Of a stretch of 64,000 nucleotides of DNA, positions 35,894 through 48,899 are shown one piece after another. Made by a program: the position numbers and the translations under genes. The stretch comes from Octopus sinensis. Taxonomy: Eukaryota. Under the pieces are notes generated by a model. That model was given only the letters and a program-made list of their open reading frames with translations. It did no database searches and had not been told where the DNA came from. The stretch lies in NCBI RefSeq assembly GCF_006345805.1, contig NC_043004.1, positions 72,044,001-72,108,000 on the forward strand, read 5' to 3'. The number at the start of each line of letters is the position of its first letter. Positions within the stretch are counted from its first letter, which is position 1.

Positions 35894-36405
35894 AGGTGTT
35901 GCAAGGGTGAAATTTAAGTTCACAAAATTCAATGCTATGTTGGCGGGGAACCGATTCATTTTAATTTTGTTTCTGTTAATCGGGATTTTGTATTTTCCGC
36001 AGATCAAAACTGAATTTTTATGATGATTCCCAAATCACGACTCATTAGCTAACAGATCGATTCACGCAAATTATACCTCTAAACCTTAACTCTTTACCTC
36101 CCTCGTTTTTAATCTTTCACTTCCCCTATCACTGTTCTGCCCTCAACACTGTTCTTTCTCTCTCTCTCTCTCTTACCCTCTCATTTTTCCTTCTCCGTTT
36201 CTTCCTTTCACTGATTTCTCGGATCTTTTCTTTTTTTCTCTTGAGCTTTAAATCTCACTATTCCCCTACTTCTCAGTCTCTCTTTCTTTCTCACCTTCCT
36301 TCTCTCTCCCTATATCGGACCCTTAACTTCTTCCTCGTTCTGCTATCCACTTCTCTCTCACTCTCTTACATTCTTTATCAACCCTAGTCAACTTTGCATT
36401 TACAG

Positions 36406-36554
36406 GTGAAATTATGGTTCAGCAAAAGTGACATACGTTATGTGTACACTTTCAATGGAACGGGGACGAATTCTACATCATGGTGTCATATTGATAAATT
36501 TATTGATCATACTTTTACAAGCGGTACTCCAACGAAATTTACATTCAATAATAA
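36406..36554 (+). CDS. PAN-family gene copy 2, exon (VKLWFSKSDIRYVYTFNGTGTNSTSWCHIDKFIDHTFTSGTPTKFTFNN)
   Basis: tttacAG acceptor and GTatat donor; 149 nt, phase 0-2; paralog of 1683-1831. Confidence 0.87.
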
Positions 36555-36597
36555 GTATATACTATTTGCTTACTCTTTGTAAACATATTTAAATGAT

Positions 36598-36650
<53 letters not shown>

Positions 36651-36654
36651 TAAC

Positions 36655-36707
<53 letters not shown>

Positions 36708-36934
36708 TAATAATAATTATACATACATACATACATACATACATACATACATACAATGCATATAATGCATACAATGCCCTTCTCTGCCCTAGGAGTATGG
36801 AAAACACTCGGCGAGAAACGGAAGAATATTTGAAGAAGGAAAAAATAATAATAATAATAGTAATAATAATAATAATAATGATAATAATAATAATAATGAT
36901 AATAATAATAATGATGATAATAATGATGATGATG

Positions 36935-36993
<59 letters not shown>

Positions 36994-36999
36994 CTCAAC

Positions 37000-39892
37000 G
37001 ATTCTATGTGGTGAAAAGATTAGAAAACAGCAACATTCCCAAAAAATGCCTTCTTGGCAAGAGCGTATCCAACAACAAATTAAACTATTTAGATCTGACA
37101 TTGAATATTTGAAAAACCTTAAGGTTGACAAGACTACCAAACCTACAAAAACCCAAAAATTAATGAAAAAATATAATATAAAAACTATACTTGATATTGA
37201 TGCCACCATAGAAACCATCAAGCAAAAGGTATCGGCTAAAGCTGCCCGCATAGCAAGGTATAAAAAGCGTGTTAGATTCTTCAAGGACAACAACATGTTC
37301 AAAAATAACCCCAAAACATTTTACAGGAAGATAGGAAAAACACCAGTTAGTGTAGAGTCTGTACCATCAAAAGAAGATGTGCAGGGATTTTGGAATAAAT
37401 TTTGGGCAGAAGAAAAAACATACAACGAAAAGGCCCCCTGCATTGATAGAATATCTACAGAACTAGACTCCTTAGAAGAGCAAAAGTGGGAGTGTGTCAA
37501 GGTAGAAGATATAATATCTGCTCTCAGGAGGTCAAGCAAATGGAAGACTCCAGGAAAGGATAAAATTGCTAACGTCTGGTTGAATGCATTCCCAGAGAGC
37601 CATGAACTGCTAACAGAACTTTACAATGATGTTTTGCAACACCCTAGTAGGATGCCTCCTTGGCTAGTTAATAGGTTAACATTCCTGCTTCCAAAAGGTG
37701 AAGAAACAAATGAACCAAAAACCTATAGACCCATAACCTGCTTAACAACTATGTATAAAACGCTAACATCTGTCCTGACGGAATATACTTATAGTTTTTT
37801 AACAGACGGCAGCATATTCCCTAATGAACAGAAAGTATGTAAACGTGGATCCTATGGTTGTAAAGATCAACTACTCATCAATAAGATGATCTTAGAAGAT
37901 TGTCACAAACGACACAAAAACTTGTCAATAGCCTGGATAGACTATAAAAAGGCTTTTGATAGTCTACCACATAGCTGGATTAAGAAATGCCTGGAAATGT
38001 ATAAAATAGCACCTACTCTGCGCAACTTTTTGTCTGTAAGTATGAGATCATGGAGAATCACACTAACTTTGAACAGTGACAATGAATCTCTAAATGCTGG
38101 TGATGTAAAAATTTAATGTGGCATTTTCCAGAGTGACTCACTATCACCACTCCTCTTTTGTTTAGCCTTAATACCTCTCTCAAAATTACTCAATGACGCG
38201 CAGTACGGATATAAAATGTTTGATAAAAATATAAATCAACTCATTTACATGGATGATTTAAAGCTCTTTGCAAAAAATGACCAACAACTCAATGGCTTAC
38301 TAGCGATTGTTAAACAATTCAGTGATGACATCAGAATGCAATTTGGCCTCGATAAATGTGCAAAGGCTACCTTTATCAAAGGAAAAATGACAGAAACATC
38401 TAACGTTAACCTTGACCGGCAGAATGTCATAAAAGAATTAGACCCAGCGGAGAGCTACAAGTATCTAGGGTTTCTTGAAGGGGACGGAATAAGGCATTCA
38501 GTGATGAAGAAATGGATCAGGAGACAATGTTATCACAGAATAAGAGCAATACTCAAGACAGGGCTAAATGCGAGAAACAGGATCGAAGCGATCAATGCTT
38601 TAGCAATACCAGTCGTGACTTACAGTTTCAATATCGTTAACTGGTCAATTACTGAAATAAGTAATCTTGACAAAAAATACGAAAACTGTTGACAATGCAT
38701 AGATTACGCCACCCTAAGGCAGATATAGAATGACTTTATCTGCCAAGAAAAGAGGGAGGCCGTGGACTTTTACAACTGGCAATAACAATGAAGATTGCTA
38801 CAATTGGCCTAGGCACCTACCTGAAAAACTCTGAGGACTGGATGTTAAAACTTGTCTCAAAACAAGAAAACAAGAAAGCATCATACTCAGTAACAAAATA
38901 GGCGAAGGAATATCTAAGTGAATTCCGAATACAACAAATTTCGGAATTAGACATACAACAAACAAGCACAGAAAAAGCTAAACGCATGAAAACCCGTGCT
39001 AAAACTGCTGCCTTAGATATTCTGAATGATAAATGGCAAGAAAAACCTCTGTATGGCAAATATCCAAAGAGAGCGAATAATGCAGATGTTGACAAAGCCC
39101 TGACCCTTCAATGGCTAATGGCCTCTGGCTTAAAATCTGAAACAGAAGGGTTTATCATAGCAGCTCTAGATGTCGTGTATGTCAACAACAAAATGAAACC
39201 ATTGATCATGTTGTCTCCAAGTGCAGTCTTCTAGCGCCTACAGAGTATGATAGAGCTGCACAATATATTCACTGGGTAATCTGCAAAAACCTGGATTTGC
39301 CTCATGAAAAAAAATGGTGGGAACACAATTGAAAAGGACCACATCTCACTCCTCTGGAACTTCCCCATTCAAACTGACAGAAAGATAGATGCAAATATGC
39401 CAGACATCATATTGAAAGACTTCAAACAAAGAACATGCCTCCTCATTGATATGACTGTCCCAATCGATATAAACGTATCTGTCAAGACCTACCAAAAACT
39501 GAGCAAATATAAAGATCTTGAAATAGAAATCAGCAAAATGTGGAACCTGAAGACTAAAACAATGCCTGTTGTCATAGGTGCCCTGGGAATAATAGCAAAG
39601 TGGGGTTGATCCCTACCTAACTCAGATACCAGGAAACCCCAAAATGGCAGAAATTCAAAAGATAGTCCTCATGGGAACTGTTCATAGCCTACGCAAAATA
39701 CTATGTAATCTCAAGTTTTAAAACAAACATAGTTTTCATTTTTTTTAGACATTCACTAGTACAACACTAAATACAAAACCAAATATATGGCACACTAGGT
39801 ATAACAACAACATGAACTTCCAACTTGTTGTCTCTTGACGTCTCTGGGTGAGACTTGGAGCCAACGTGTACAAATATAAAGCAAAGTCAAAC

Positions 39893-39955
<63 letters not shown>
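37000..39955 (+). mobile_element. R4/Dong-type RLE LINE, ~2.9 kb, 5'-truncated, inactivated, inserted in (TAA)n
   Basis: Motifs WKTPGKD, YRPITCL, WIDYKKAFDSLPHSW, GIFQSDSLSP, YMDDLKL and PDIIL...LIDMTVP. Stops at 38114-38116 and elsewhere, plus frameshifts; (TAA)n on both sides. Confidence 0.95.
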
Positions 39956-39957
<2 letters not shown>

Positions 39958-39958
<1 letters not shown>

Positions 39959-40638
39959 GCACAATATATTCACTGGGTAATTTGCAAAAACCTGGATTTG
40001 CCCCATGAAAAAAAATGGTGGGAACACAAACCACCTCCAGTGCTTGAAAATGATCACATCTCACTCCTCTGGAACTTCACCATTCAAACTGACAGAAAGA
40101 TAGATGCAAATAGACCAGACATCATATTGAAAGACTTCAGACAAAGAACATGCCTCCTCATTGATATGACTGTCCCAATCGATATAAATGTATCTGTCAA
40201 GACCTATCAAAAACTGAGCAAATATAAAGATCTTGAAATAGAAATCAGCAAAATGTGGAACCTGAAGACTAAAACAATACCTGTTGTCATAGGTGCCCTG
40301 GGAATGATAGCAAAAGGGGCTGATAGCTACCTAACTCAGATACTAGGCAGAAATTCAAAAGATAGTGCTCATGGGAACTGCTCACATCCTACGCAAAATA
40401 CCTTCTATGTAATCTCAAGTTTTAAAACATAGTTTTCATTTTTTTTAGACATTCACTAGTACTACATTAAATACAAAACCAAACATATGGCACACTAAGC
40501 ATATCAACAACACGAACTTCCAACCTGTTGTCTCTTGAGGTCTCTGGGTGAGACTTGGAGCCAACTTGTACAAATATAAAGCGAAAGTCAAACATAGAAT
40601 AATAATGATAATACTACTACTACTACTACTACTACTAC

Positions 40639-40692
<54 letters not shown>
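39958..40692 (+). mobile_element. Second copy of the same R4/Dong 3' end (RLE domain + 3' UTR + TAA tail)
   Basis: Near-duplicate of 39258-39895. ORF 39998..40432 retains WWEHKPPPVLEND and NRPD. Confidence 0.92.
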
Positions 40693-40695
<3 letters not shown>

Positions 40696-40780
40696 AGTTC
40701 TATATTTAAGAGATGAGGAATTATGTACATTATTTACGTTATTTATATTTCACGGAGATTTGTCTTCATCCTGTTTGTTA

Positions 40781-40824
40781 ACATAACGTTTCGGCTGATA
40801 TACCCTCCAGCCTTCATTAGGTGT
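40781..40824 (-). ncRNA. Decayed minimal hammerhead-like motif (truncated sister copy at 28844-28880)
   Basis: acac-CUAAUGA-a-ggcug-gaggguauau-cagcc-GAAA-cg-UU-augu; G5A change relative to CUGAUGA. Confidence 0.5.
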
Positions 40825-41073
40825 CTTGGGGAAATTTGGAACCTGGGTTCTCATTCCTAAGCTATTTTTCGATGTAGATATCATCATCATCATCATCATC
40901 ATCATCATTTTTATTATTAGTAGTAGTATTATTATTAGTATTATTATTATTAGTAGTAGTAGTAGTATCAGTAGTACTAGTATTATTAATATTAGTAGTA
41001 GTATTAGTAGTAGTAGTAGTAGTAGTAGTATTAATAGTAGTAGTATTAGTAGTAGTAGTATTAGTAGTAGTAT

Positions 41074-41108
<35 letters not shown>

Positions 41109-41269
41109 TTAGTAGTATTAGTATTAGTAGTAGTAGTAGTAGTAGTAGTAGGTGTTGTTGTTGTAGTAGTAGTAGTAGTAGTAGTATCATTAGTATTATT
41201 ATCATTATTATTATTATCATTATTATTATTATTAGTAGTAGTAGTAGTAGTAGTAGTACAAAGCACTTT

Positions 41270-41506
41270 ATTTCACGTTGCTCCAGTTCACTCAGCTGTA
41301 GAAATGAGTTGCGACGTCACTGGTCCCAAACTGTATCGACCTTTGTCTTTCCCTTGGATAACACTGGTGGCATGGAGAGGGGAGGCTGGTATGCATGGGC
41401 GACTGCTGGTCTTCCATAAACAACCTTGCCCGGACTTGTGTCTAGGAGGGTAACTTTCTAGGTGCAATCCCATGGTCATTCATGACCGAAGGGGGTCTTT
41501 ACCCTT

Positions 41507-41507
<1 letters not shown>
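41270..41507 (+). mobile_element. SINE 3' portion embedded in (TAG)n/(TTA)n
   Basis: TTTCACGTTGCTCCAGTTCACTCAGCTG segment shared with 57435-57463, followed by a distinct tail. Confidence 0.6.
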
Positions 41508-41569
<62 letters not shown>

Positions 41570-41613
41570 CAGCAGTAGTAGTAGCAGTAGTATCATTATT
41601 ATTATTATTATTA

Positions 41614-41660
<47 letters not shown>

Positions 41661-41734
41661 TCACTGCCTGGAATCGAACTCGGAATCTTGGGGTTAAGAG
41701 TGCTGGCTACTAACCCCACAGGATTTTCGAGTTT

Positions 41735-42240
41735 ATGGTCGTACTAATTATTTTCTCTGTCAAGTCCATACATGTTGCAAAGTGTCCAATGGACAATCCT
41801 TGCTATGGTGATGTGGTGTCTCTTATATTCCTTCTGGGCTAGTGGCGTACATTAACTGGTAATATGCCATACGATTCCACCACTTTGTCCACAAATTCTG
41901 CACTTATCACCTTCCGATGTGTTGTCTAGTCTGTATTTTATGTAGTGTGTTCCTAGTGCTTGTTCATTGGCAGCACAGATTAGAGCTTCCTCTTCTGGTT
42001 TTAAATCACATTGAGTCATCCACAGCTATCCTTTTTCCTGTCAGTCTTATTTTCAACATCCCTATGAAATTGACCATGCATTCTTTACTTTACCCACCAA
42101 TTTTCAGTTTAAAAAAATAAAACGAAAATGATGTTTGTTTTAAACTTTGAGATTACATAGAAAGTATTTTGCATAGGATATGAGCAGTTCCCATGAGCAC
42201 TATTTTTTGAATTTCTGCCATTTTTGGGTTTCCTTGTATC
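41735..42240 (-). mobile_element. R4/Dong LINE fragments
   Basis: 42135-42240 is the reverse complement of the 39625-39725 segment; upstream TRRGSSNLCCQ..ALGT..I...D..CR.CG resembles the zinc-knuckle region. Confidence 0.6.
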
Positions 42241-42244
42241 AGTG

Positions 42245-43420
42245 GTTGAGTAAAGATCCAAACTGACCACAGCTGCTGTCAATACAGTATCAGTAGATAA
42301 TAGAGTAAGGAAGAGGCAGTAGAGCAGCGAAGAAAACAGGATAGTGATGCAGGGCTACTTAAAAAGTGAACCTAAAAGAGGAAGAAGAAAGGCGAAATGT
42401 ACATTTAGTGCAATGCAGTCAACAGGGACAGTGCCTGAGATGGGAGGAATATGTGATCAGCCGCAGAATATCATGGAAGGAACTTTGGGCTTGGGAACAA
42501 GCAAGCACATCCTTCCTGATTAAGTCTACCTTCGACGTTCTACCCTCACCGGCGAACTTAGTCCTGTGGAACATAAAAACAACTGATGAGTGTAGATGTG
42601 TAGAGAAAGCGACGGTTAGACATGTTCTCTCAGGTTGCAGACTAGCACTAGAAAGATATACATGGCGGCATAATCAAGTCCTCGGCGTCATAAGCGCAGC
42701 ACTCAAGAAGATCGAGAGGTACAATAGGGGAGAGTACCCAAAAGTAGAAAAGTGCAGGAAAGTATACTTCTACAAGGAGGGAAACGGATATAAAACCAGG
42801 CCTACAAGTAAAGTATACGAGATGGACGAAAGATGGAAGGGATACTGGGAGGTGGCCACGGACTTGGAAAGACAAGTAATATTTCCACTAATAAAAACAA
42901 CAAAAAAACAGATTTAGTCCTTTGTAACAGAGACCGGAGAATAGGAATTTTACTAGAACTGACAGTACCTTGGGAAAAGAACATCGGCAATGCAGAGGGA
43001 CAAAAGGTGAAGAGGTACGAAAAAGCTAATCGAAGAATGCAGTGAACAGGGATGAAATGTGGAATATTATCACCTGGTAGTGGGGGCTAGGGGCTTCATT
43101 GAAAGGAAAATGACAACTCTTTTCAAAAGAAGATTTGCTTTTTCTAGCTCCAAGCAGCAAAAACTAATAAGGAGAGTACAGGAGTCTGTCGAAAAGGCCA
43201 GCTTCTATATATGGCTAAAGCGGGAAGATCAAAAATGGCTTGAAAGTCATAACACGCCCGCGGGAAATAACATCACTAGGTGAGACAAGCTGACACTGAA
43301 TCAGCTTCGCTGACTGACAGGTGACGGTGGTTTAGAGAACGCGCGGTCTAAAACTACGCGCCCTCACTAGTCAGGTAAGGTAAGACAGTGTCACGTGACA
43401 AGCTCTGAGAATTGATTACA
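42245..43420 (+). mobile_element. HERO/NeSL-like RLE LINE 3' part
   Basis: Translations QQGQCLRWE, FLIKSTFDVLPSPANL, HVLSGC...RYTWRHNQVL, LLELTVPWE and VGARGF; frameshifts. Confidence 0.85.
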
Positions 43421-43429
43421 CCATGTTCC

Positions 43430-43960
43430 AAACAGATAAAAGTAACGAATCACCTCTTTGTTGGACTTTTGGAATCAGAAATGAAACAAATTCACATATT
43501 TTGAGTGAGTGTAGTCACCTGACCCAAGAGCACTAAAAAAGGATGCACTAAAACTTGGCTAAATTCGTCCGCTGGGGACTAAGAGAAAAGTTTGGTCTGA
43601 ACAGAGCACGGAAATGGTACGAACATGAACCAGAAAGAATCACCAAGAACGAAGAACATATGATAATGTGGGATTTTACAATCCATTGTGACTCCCTAAT
43701 TCAGGCTCGGAGACTAGATATTGTTGTGGTAGATAAAGGAAAACAGGAAACCAAGGTCATATAATTTGCAATACCTGGAGATGCACGCAAAAGTGACAAG
43801 GAACTAGAAAAGATTGAAATGTACAGACTACCATAACACGAAATTGCAAGAATGTGAACCATGTTGAAAATGTCTATCATTCCAGTCATACGTGAACGTT
43901 TGAGAATATCCAGTATTGCACACAATATAAGAGAGAAATTTGGTACTAGTGGGATCCGTG
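43430..43960 (+). mobile_element. R4/Dong RLE-domain remnant
   Basis: Translation KWYEHEPE...IMWDFTIHCD..IQARRLDIVVVDK. Confidence 0.75.
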
Positions 43961-45013
43961 AATATTTCACGGATTTTATGGTAAACCTGTTGGGAGATTT
44001 CTGAAAAAGGTTAATAAGGACATTTCAATTGCTAAACAGTCCTATAATTATTTCTAAGATAAGTACAAGGACCATAATTTCAGTTGGAGAAAAGTGTATG
44101 AAATCGGTACCAGAACTTGACCAGCACTTTATTCTATCAGCTTCGGAATATGAAAGATATAGGTTGTGTTTGATGAGGTTTAAACTCAGAAAATTAAGGT
44201 GTTGAAGCTAAATATCGAAAATCATTTCAAGCCATCCAGCTGAGAAACATGTAGGGATGGTGTACAACGGATTTATATATTTTTAAAACGTAGGAAAGGA
44301 AGCAGGAAACCATAGCTTTAAGTCAGAAACATATACCTTTAGATTAACAATCAAAGGCGACTGATACTCAATTCCTTGTCGTTCCAAATACCACAAATAC
44401 TAATACAACAACTGATCAACCACCTCTCAGTCTCTATTCCATATGTCTCTTCTCATCATGCCCACTGGATATATTCACTAGTCCTCTTACTGACAATTGA
44501 TTTATACCAGACACATTTCCTAAAACTTCCCTTTCAGAACTGCACTTTTTCGTAGTCTTCTTTTCCCATCTGCAGACAGAAATTGAAAGAAATTTCGTCT
44601 TATAGCAGAACAAGTGGAAGTGGAAGGAATATCTTGTTTTCTGTAATAATCTGAGCATTTTTTCCACTCAAATAACACCCAACCATCAGTAGTTTATGAG
44701 ATACGACATACATTCAGTCTTAGAAAGAAATATGACACGTTTGCCGTAGCTGGAATGCCTTTTGATCATAGACCTCTTTGATCACAGATGAACTGAAGCT
44801 AAATAACAAGATCTGATTGCCACAAATTAAACGTTATTTATACCTTCTATATCATGAATAGCAAACTAGATATCAAGCATTCACTAATCTCAAAGATGAA
44901 AAGGCAAAGACAGTGGTCTAATTAAGCAAAATTGATTGGTATCAATATAATTGTAAAATTTTTCATTGTGATCAATTTTATTAAATTTATCAATTGTAAC
45001 ATGTTAGTTTCAG

Positions 45014-45123
45014 AGAACCGCATTTTCGTGTGGATTTTCAAGCTGCATCTAGTACTGGTGGCGGCTGGATGGAAGCTCAAAAGAAAAGTGGAACCCACGA
45101 AATTTATTGGCAGAGGGAGAAAG
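45014..45123 (+). CDS. PAN-family gene copy 2, penultimate exon (EPHFRVDFQAASSTGGGWMEAQKKSGTHEIYWQREK)
   Basis: ttagtttcAG acceptor (identical context to 3135-3144) and AG/GTatgc donor; phase 2-1. Confidence 0.82.
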
Positions 45124-46149
45124 GTATGCAAAATATATAATCTTTGTTGATGCCAATAATCGTATGTTTGTAAACACATATATATTAATAAGTATATATA
45201 TATATATATATATAATTATTAGAAATAGATAAGCAACTCCTTTTTCAGGATAACCTCATGGTATGGTATACGCCGGGAAAATTAAATAAAATAAAATAAT
45301 TAAAATAACATAAATAAAATTAGTTAGAAAAATATATCTTACCTGTTTTTAATCTGTTCGGAAAGAAGATAGTACAAGTAACCGCTACACGTGTTTCTGC
45401 GCTGGTGTGTTGTGTATCAAGGCTATATTTAATACATAAATCTACTAGTGCGTCCTTAGGCTATGTATATTTATATTATGTATGTGTAAAAGTTAAAAAT
45501 TATATTAAAAATAAAAATTACAAATATATTTAAAAATATGAAATGCATAAAGTTCAATTAGGATATATATGTTGAAAATGCTCTACCTAAAGAGTAAATT
45601 AGAAACACATCAAATCTTATAATATATCTAAATAAATATTATAGAAATTATATTCCCTGTAATAATTTAGTTTAAAATATACCCCTATCAATACTTGTAT
45701 AATAAAACATACTTTATGTCAAATATGAGTTAATAGTCTCGAATAAATATTAAGGCAACTAGCTATTATCAAACATAAAAAATGGAACAAAAAGGAAAAA
45801 GCTGTAGTTGAGAAGATCTATAACACCGGTCAACACACTTTTGACTGACTTCGATGTTGTGGTTGTTTTTAGTTAATTTTGAGATTCTGATTTCAAATAT
45901 GGCATCCATTTTTGTTCTAACTCACCAGATTTTCATTCTATAACACATCCCTATTTTATGATCTACTGTATTAATTATTTAAGTGGTCAGGATAGTTTAT
46001 TATGTTTTATAGCTTAAAACTATAAGTTAAAATGTCAGTAGAAAATGAAAGGATAGATGAAATGAAAGATAGCATCACTTTTTACTAAATGCATACTGTT
46101 AATTTTCTAATATGACGAATAAAAACAAAACCAGCATACACATACCTTC

Positions 46150-46350
46150 ATATTCACAGAACAAATTTCCGTTTGCACGTGTCTCTGGAGTGTTTCATAT
46201 CTACCAATCTCTTTGAATACGCCATCATGTAGCCTGCTATCAGGTGTAAGCTTCACTGACCACGGTATCTCTCCTCCAGAAACTTGATTACTTGATGTAA
46301 ACGCTTACCATGCTCAACGCCCACGTTCCGAAATTAGTAGGAAATTCATC
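46150..46350 (-). mobile_element. DNA-transposase C-terminal remnant, Chapaev3-like
   Basis: Translation VGVEHGKRLHQVIKFLEERYRGQ resembles the SDEQGERFHQDI..ME.RYQG motif. The family assignment is from memory. Confidence 0.45.
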
Positions 46351-46745
46351 GACTGGCTATTGAGGAAATATATAGATATGCAATGTACTCACGATCGCGA
46401 GGTCGTGGTTTCAATTCCGAAACTGTGTGTTTTATTGTGTTCGATTCAAGGAGTGAGTGAGCTAATGTGTGGCATGAACATTTCATCATTATAAACAAAT
46501 CATATGTGCAGGTTGTTTGTCAGGCTGAACGCTCGAAAATCATCTTCGAGGAGAGAGTCTAATACATATACACACATACAAATATATATATATAGATAGA
46601 TGGATGGCTAAATATAAATATCTATATATAAAGAGATAGATAGATAGATAAATGGATAGATAGATAGCTATAAATATATCTCTATATGTATATATCTATA
46701 TAGATAGATAAAGATATATATGTATATCTATCTATATATATGTAT

Positions 46746-46863
<118 letters not shown>

Positions 46864-46973
46864 TAGAAAGATAGATAGACAGATGTGTATGTATATATGT
46901 ATTTATGATCATTCTGATACTTGCATTATCTTCATTAATGTTTAATGATAATTTTCCTTCATTTATTTTTTAG

Positions 46974-47023
46974 GTAAAAAAACATATCTTACACACATGG
47001 CCGTCTCAGTTATTCTAAAGTAG
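46974..47023 (+). CDS. PAN-family gene copy 2, terminal coding exon (GKKTYLTHMAVSVILK*)
   Basis: tttttAG acceptor, phase 1, TAG at 47021-47023; aligns with 7601-7644. Confidence 0.72.
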
Positions 47024-47546
47024 AATATGTTTAATCCAGAAATTGTGTATTGTTATATTCCTACAAAACGATATCAATACATACATACACCAAGTTTTCC
47101 ACAAAATTGTTCCATCTTTAAGCTCCATCCTGTCAACACCTCAAATGTAAAATTCTCCCCTGAAGAAGGAGGCGGTGCTATCCGATAATGGAACCAAGTA
47201 ACTAACATTATTCCGGACCACCAACCCTCCAGAAACAGCTGCTGGACTCGTAAAACGCAACTTATATAACTCCTGATAGCATTTATTTTCTGTTCAAGTC
47301 CGACTCTTTTAAATCCATTCACATGTACATTTTCCATATTAAGTATATTCAGTATTCTGTGTAAACTGACTTACCTAACTTGCTTGTTCTTACATCTATT
47401 CCTCTATCTACTCAAGTTCAAATCTCTTGAGCATTTCGAAGTGTATTCTATATAGAGAACACCTGTCTTTAACCTATAAAATATACATATATACACTCAT
47501 ATATACGTACGTACGTAAACACATACGTATATAAGCACATGTGCAC

Positions 47547-47598
<52 letters not shown>

Positions 47599-47670
47599 TG
47601 ATTGATTGATTGATTGATTGATAGATACATACATATATACATACATACATATGTATATATATATAATATA

Positions 47671-47744
<74 letters not shown>

Positions 47745-48444
47745 AATTAATTGAAACGGGAATTTACAATACGTAACTGACGTAACTGTTACTACTCCCT
47801 TTACACCTCGTGATATGATGAAACACAATGTCTAACACATGGAGAATTAATCTCAAAATTTTACTAAATCCTAAATCTGCACTATCATCCAGATTAATCG
47901 CACGGAAAAGTAAAATTACAATACAACAGCATACATTTAAGTATATTTTGTTGTTTATCTCTAGAAGAGCCCTGATCGAACGGGAAACTTATGTTCAAAG
48001 GTATTCTAAGTGTGCTCATTACCTCTTGATGAATATCTTGTCTCAGCTGATCTGATAATTTCAAGGCGGTACGATGTCATTTGTAGGAATGTGTCTGATG
48101 CTATAGTGACTATACTATGATAGAATTATCATGAGCGTGTGTGCGTGTTTGTGTCTGTGAGGGAGAGACAGACAGAGACATAGAGAGAAAGACAAAGTGT
48201 GAGAGTGGTGTAGGAAGAGAAGAATTAAGCAACAATTAGACATACATTATGTACAATCGAAAGTGGCATTTAACGCTGAGAGTCCCAACAGAATTATGTC
48301 TTCTCATACCTTATTCTCAACTTTAACGAATACACTCATACAGAATTGAACCTGTCATCGTGGCTCATTTAAACTATCCTCTGTCTTAGTGTCTTCTCAC
48401 ACTCACAAATATTTGTAGATGTTTTATATATACCTGGTTATATT

Positions 48445-48655
48445 TATTCTTTTATTGCCCACAGGGGCTAAACACAAAGGGGACAAACAAGGATACACAA
48501 AGGGATGAAATCGATTACATCGACCACAATGCGTAACTGGTACCTATTTAATCGACCCCGAAAAGATAAAAGTAAAGTTGACCTCGGCGGAATTTGAACT
48601 CAGAACGTAACAGCATTTCGCCTGACGTGCTAACGATTCTGCCAGCTCGCCGTCC
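48445..48655 (-). mobile_element. Meta-core SINE
   Basis: Reverse complement of the 5035-5250 family. Confidence 0.82.
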
Positions 48656-48899
48656 ATTCATATACCTGCTAATATGCTAATTGTCTCTTACAGTCTTTAT
48701 AATTGTATACTTAAGAAAATAATCACTTCAATTTTTGCTGATCACATGATTGTATGTTACGATTGAAAATAATGCAATCTCACTGTTATACGTAGTAATT
48801 CTCCAGTTACAAAACTAACGCTCTGGCACGTTCCGTTCAGCAAACACTTTTTTAAAGTCATCTGAAACCGTTTTACAAAATAAAAGTCGATGTATTGTT

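Noticed and set aside
36704-38116. 470-aa ORF as an intact gene
   Set aside because: The N-terminal ~100 aa is microsatellite read-through, and the rest is a truncated LINE RT ending in a premature stop.
47074-47337. 87-aa minus ORF behind the terminal exon
   Set aside because: At most a weak resemblance to an RLE-LINE fragment (EQKINAIRSYI); not supportable as a gene.
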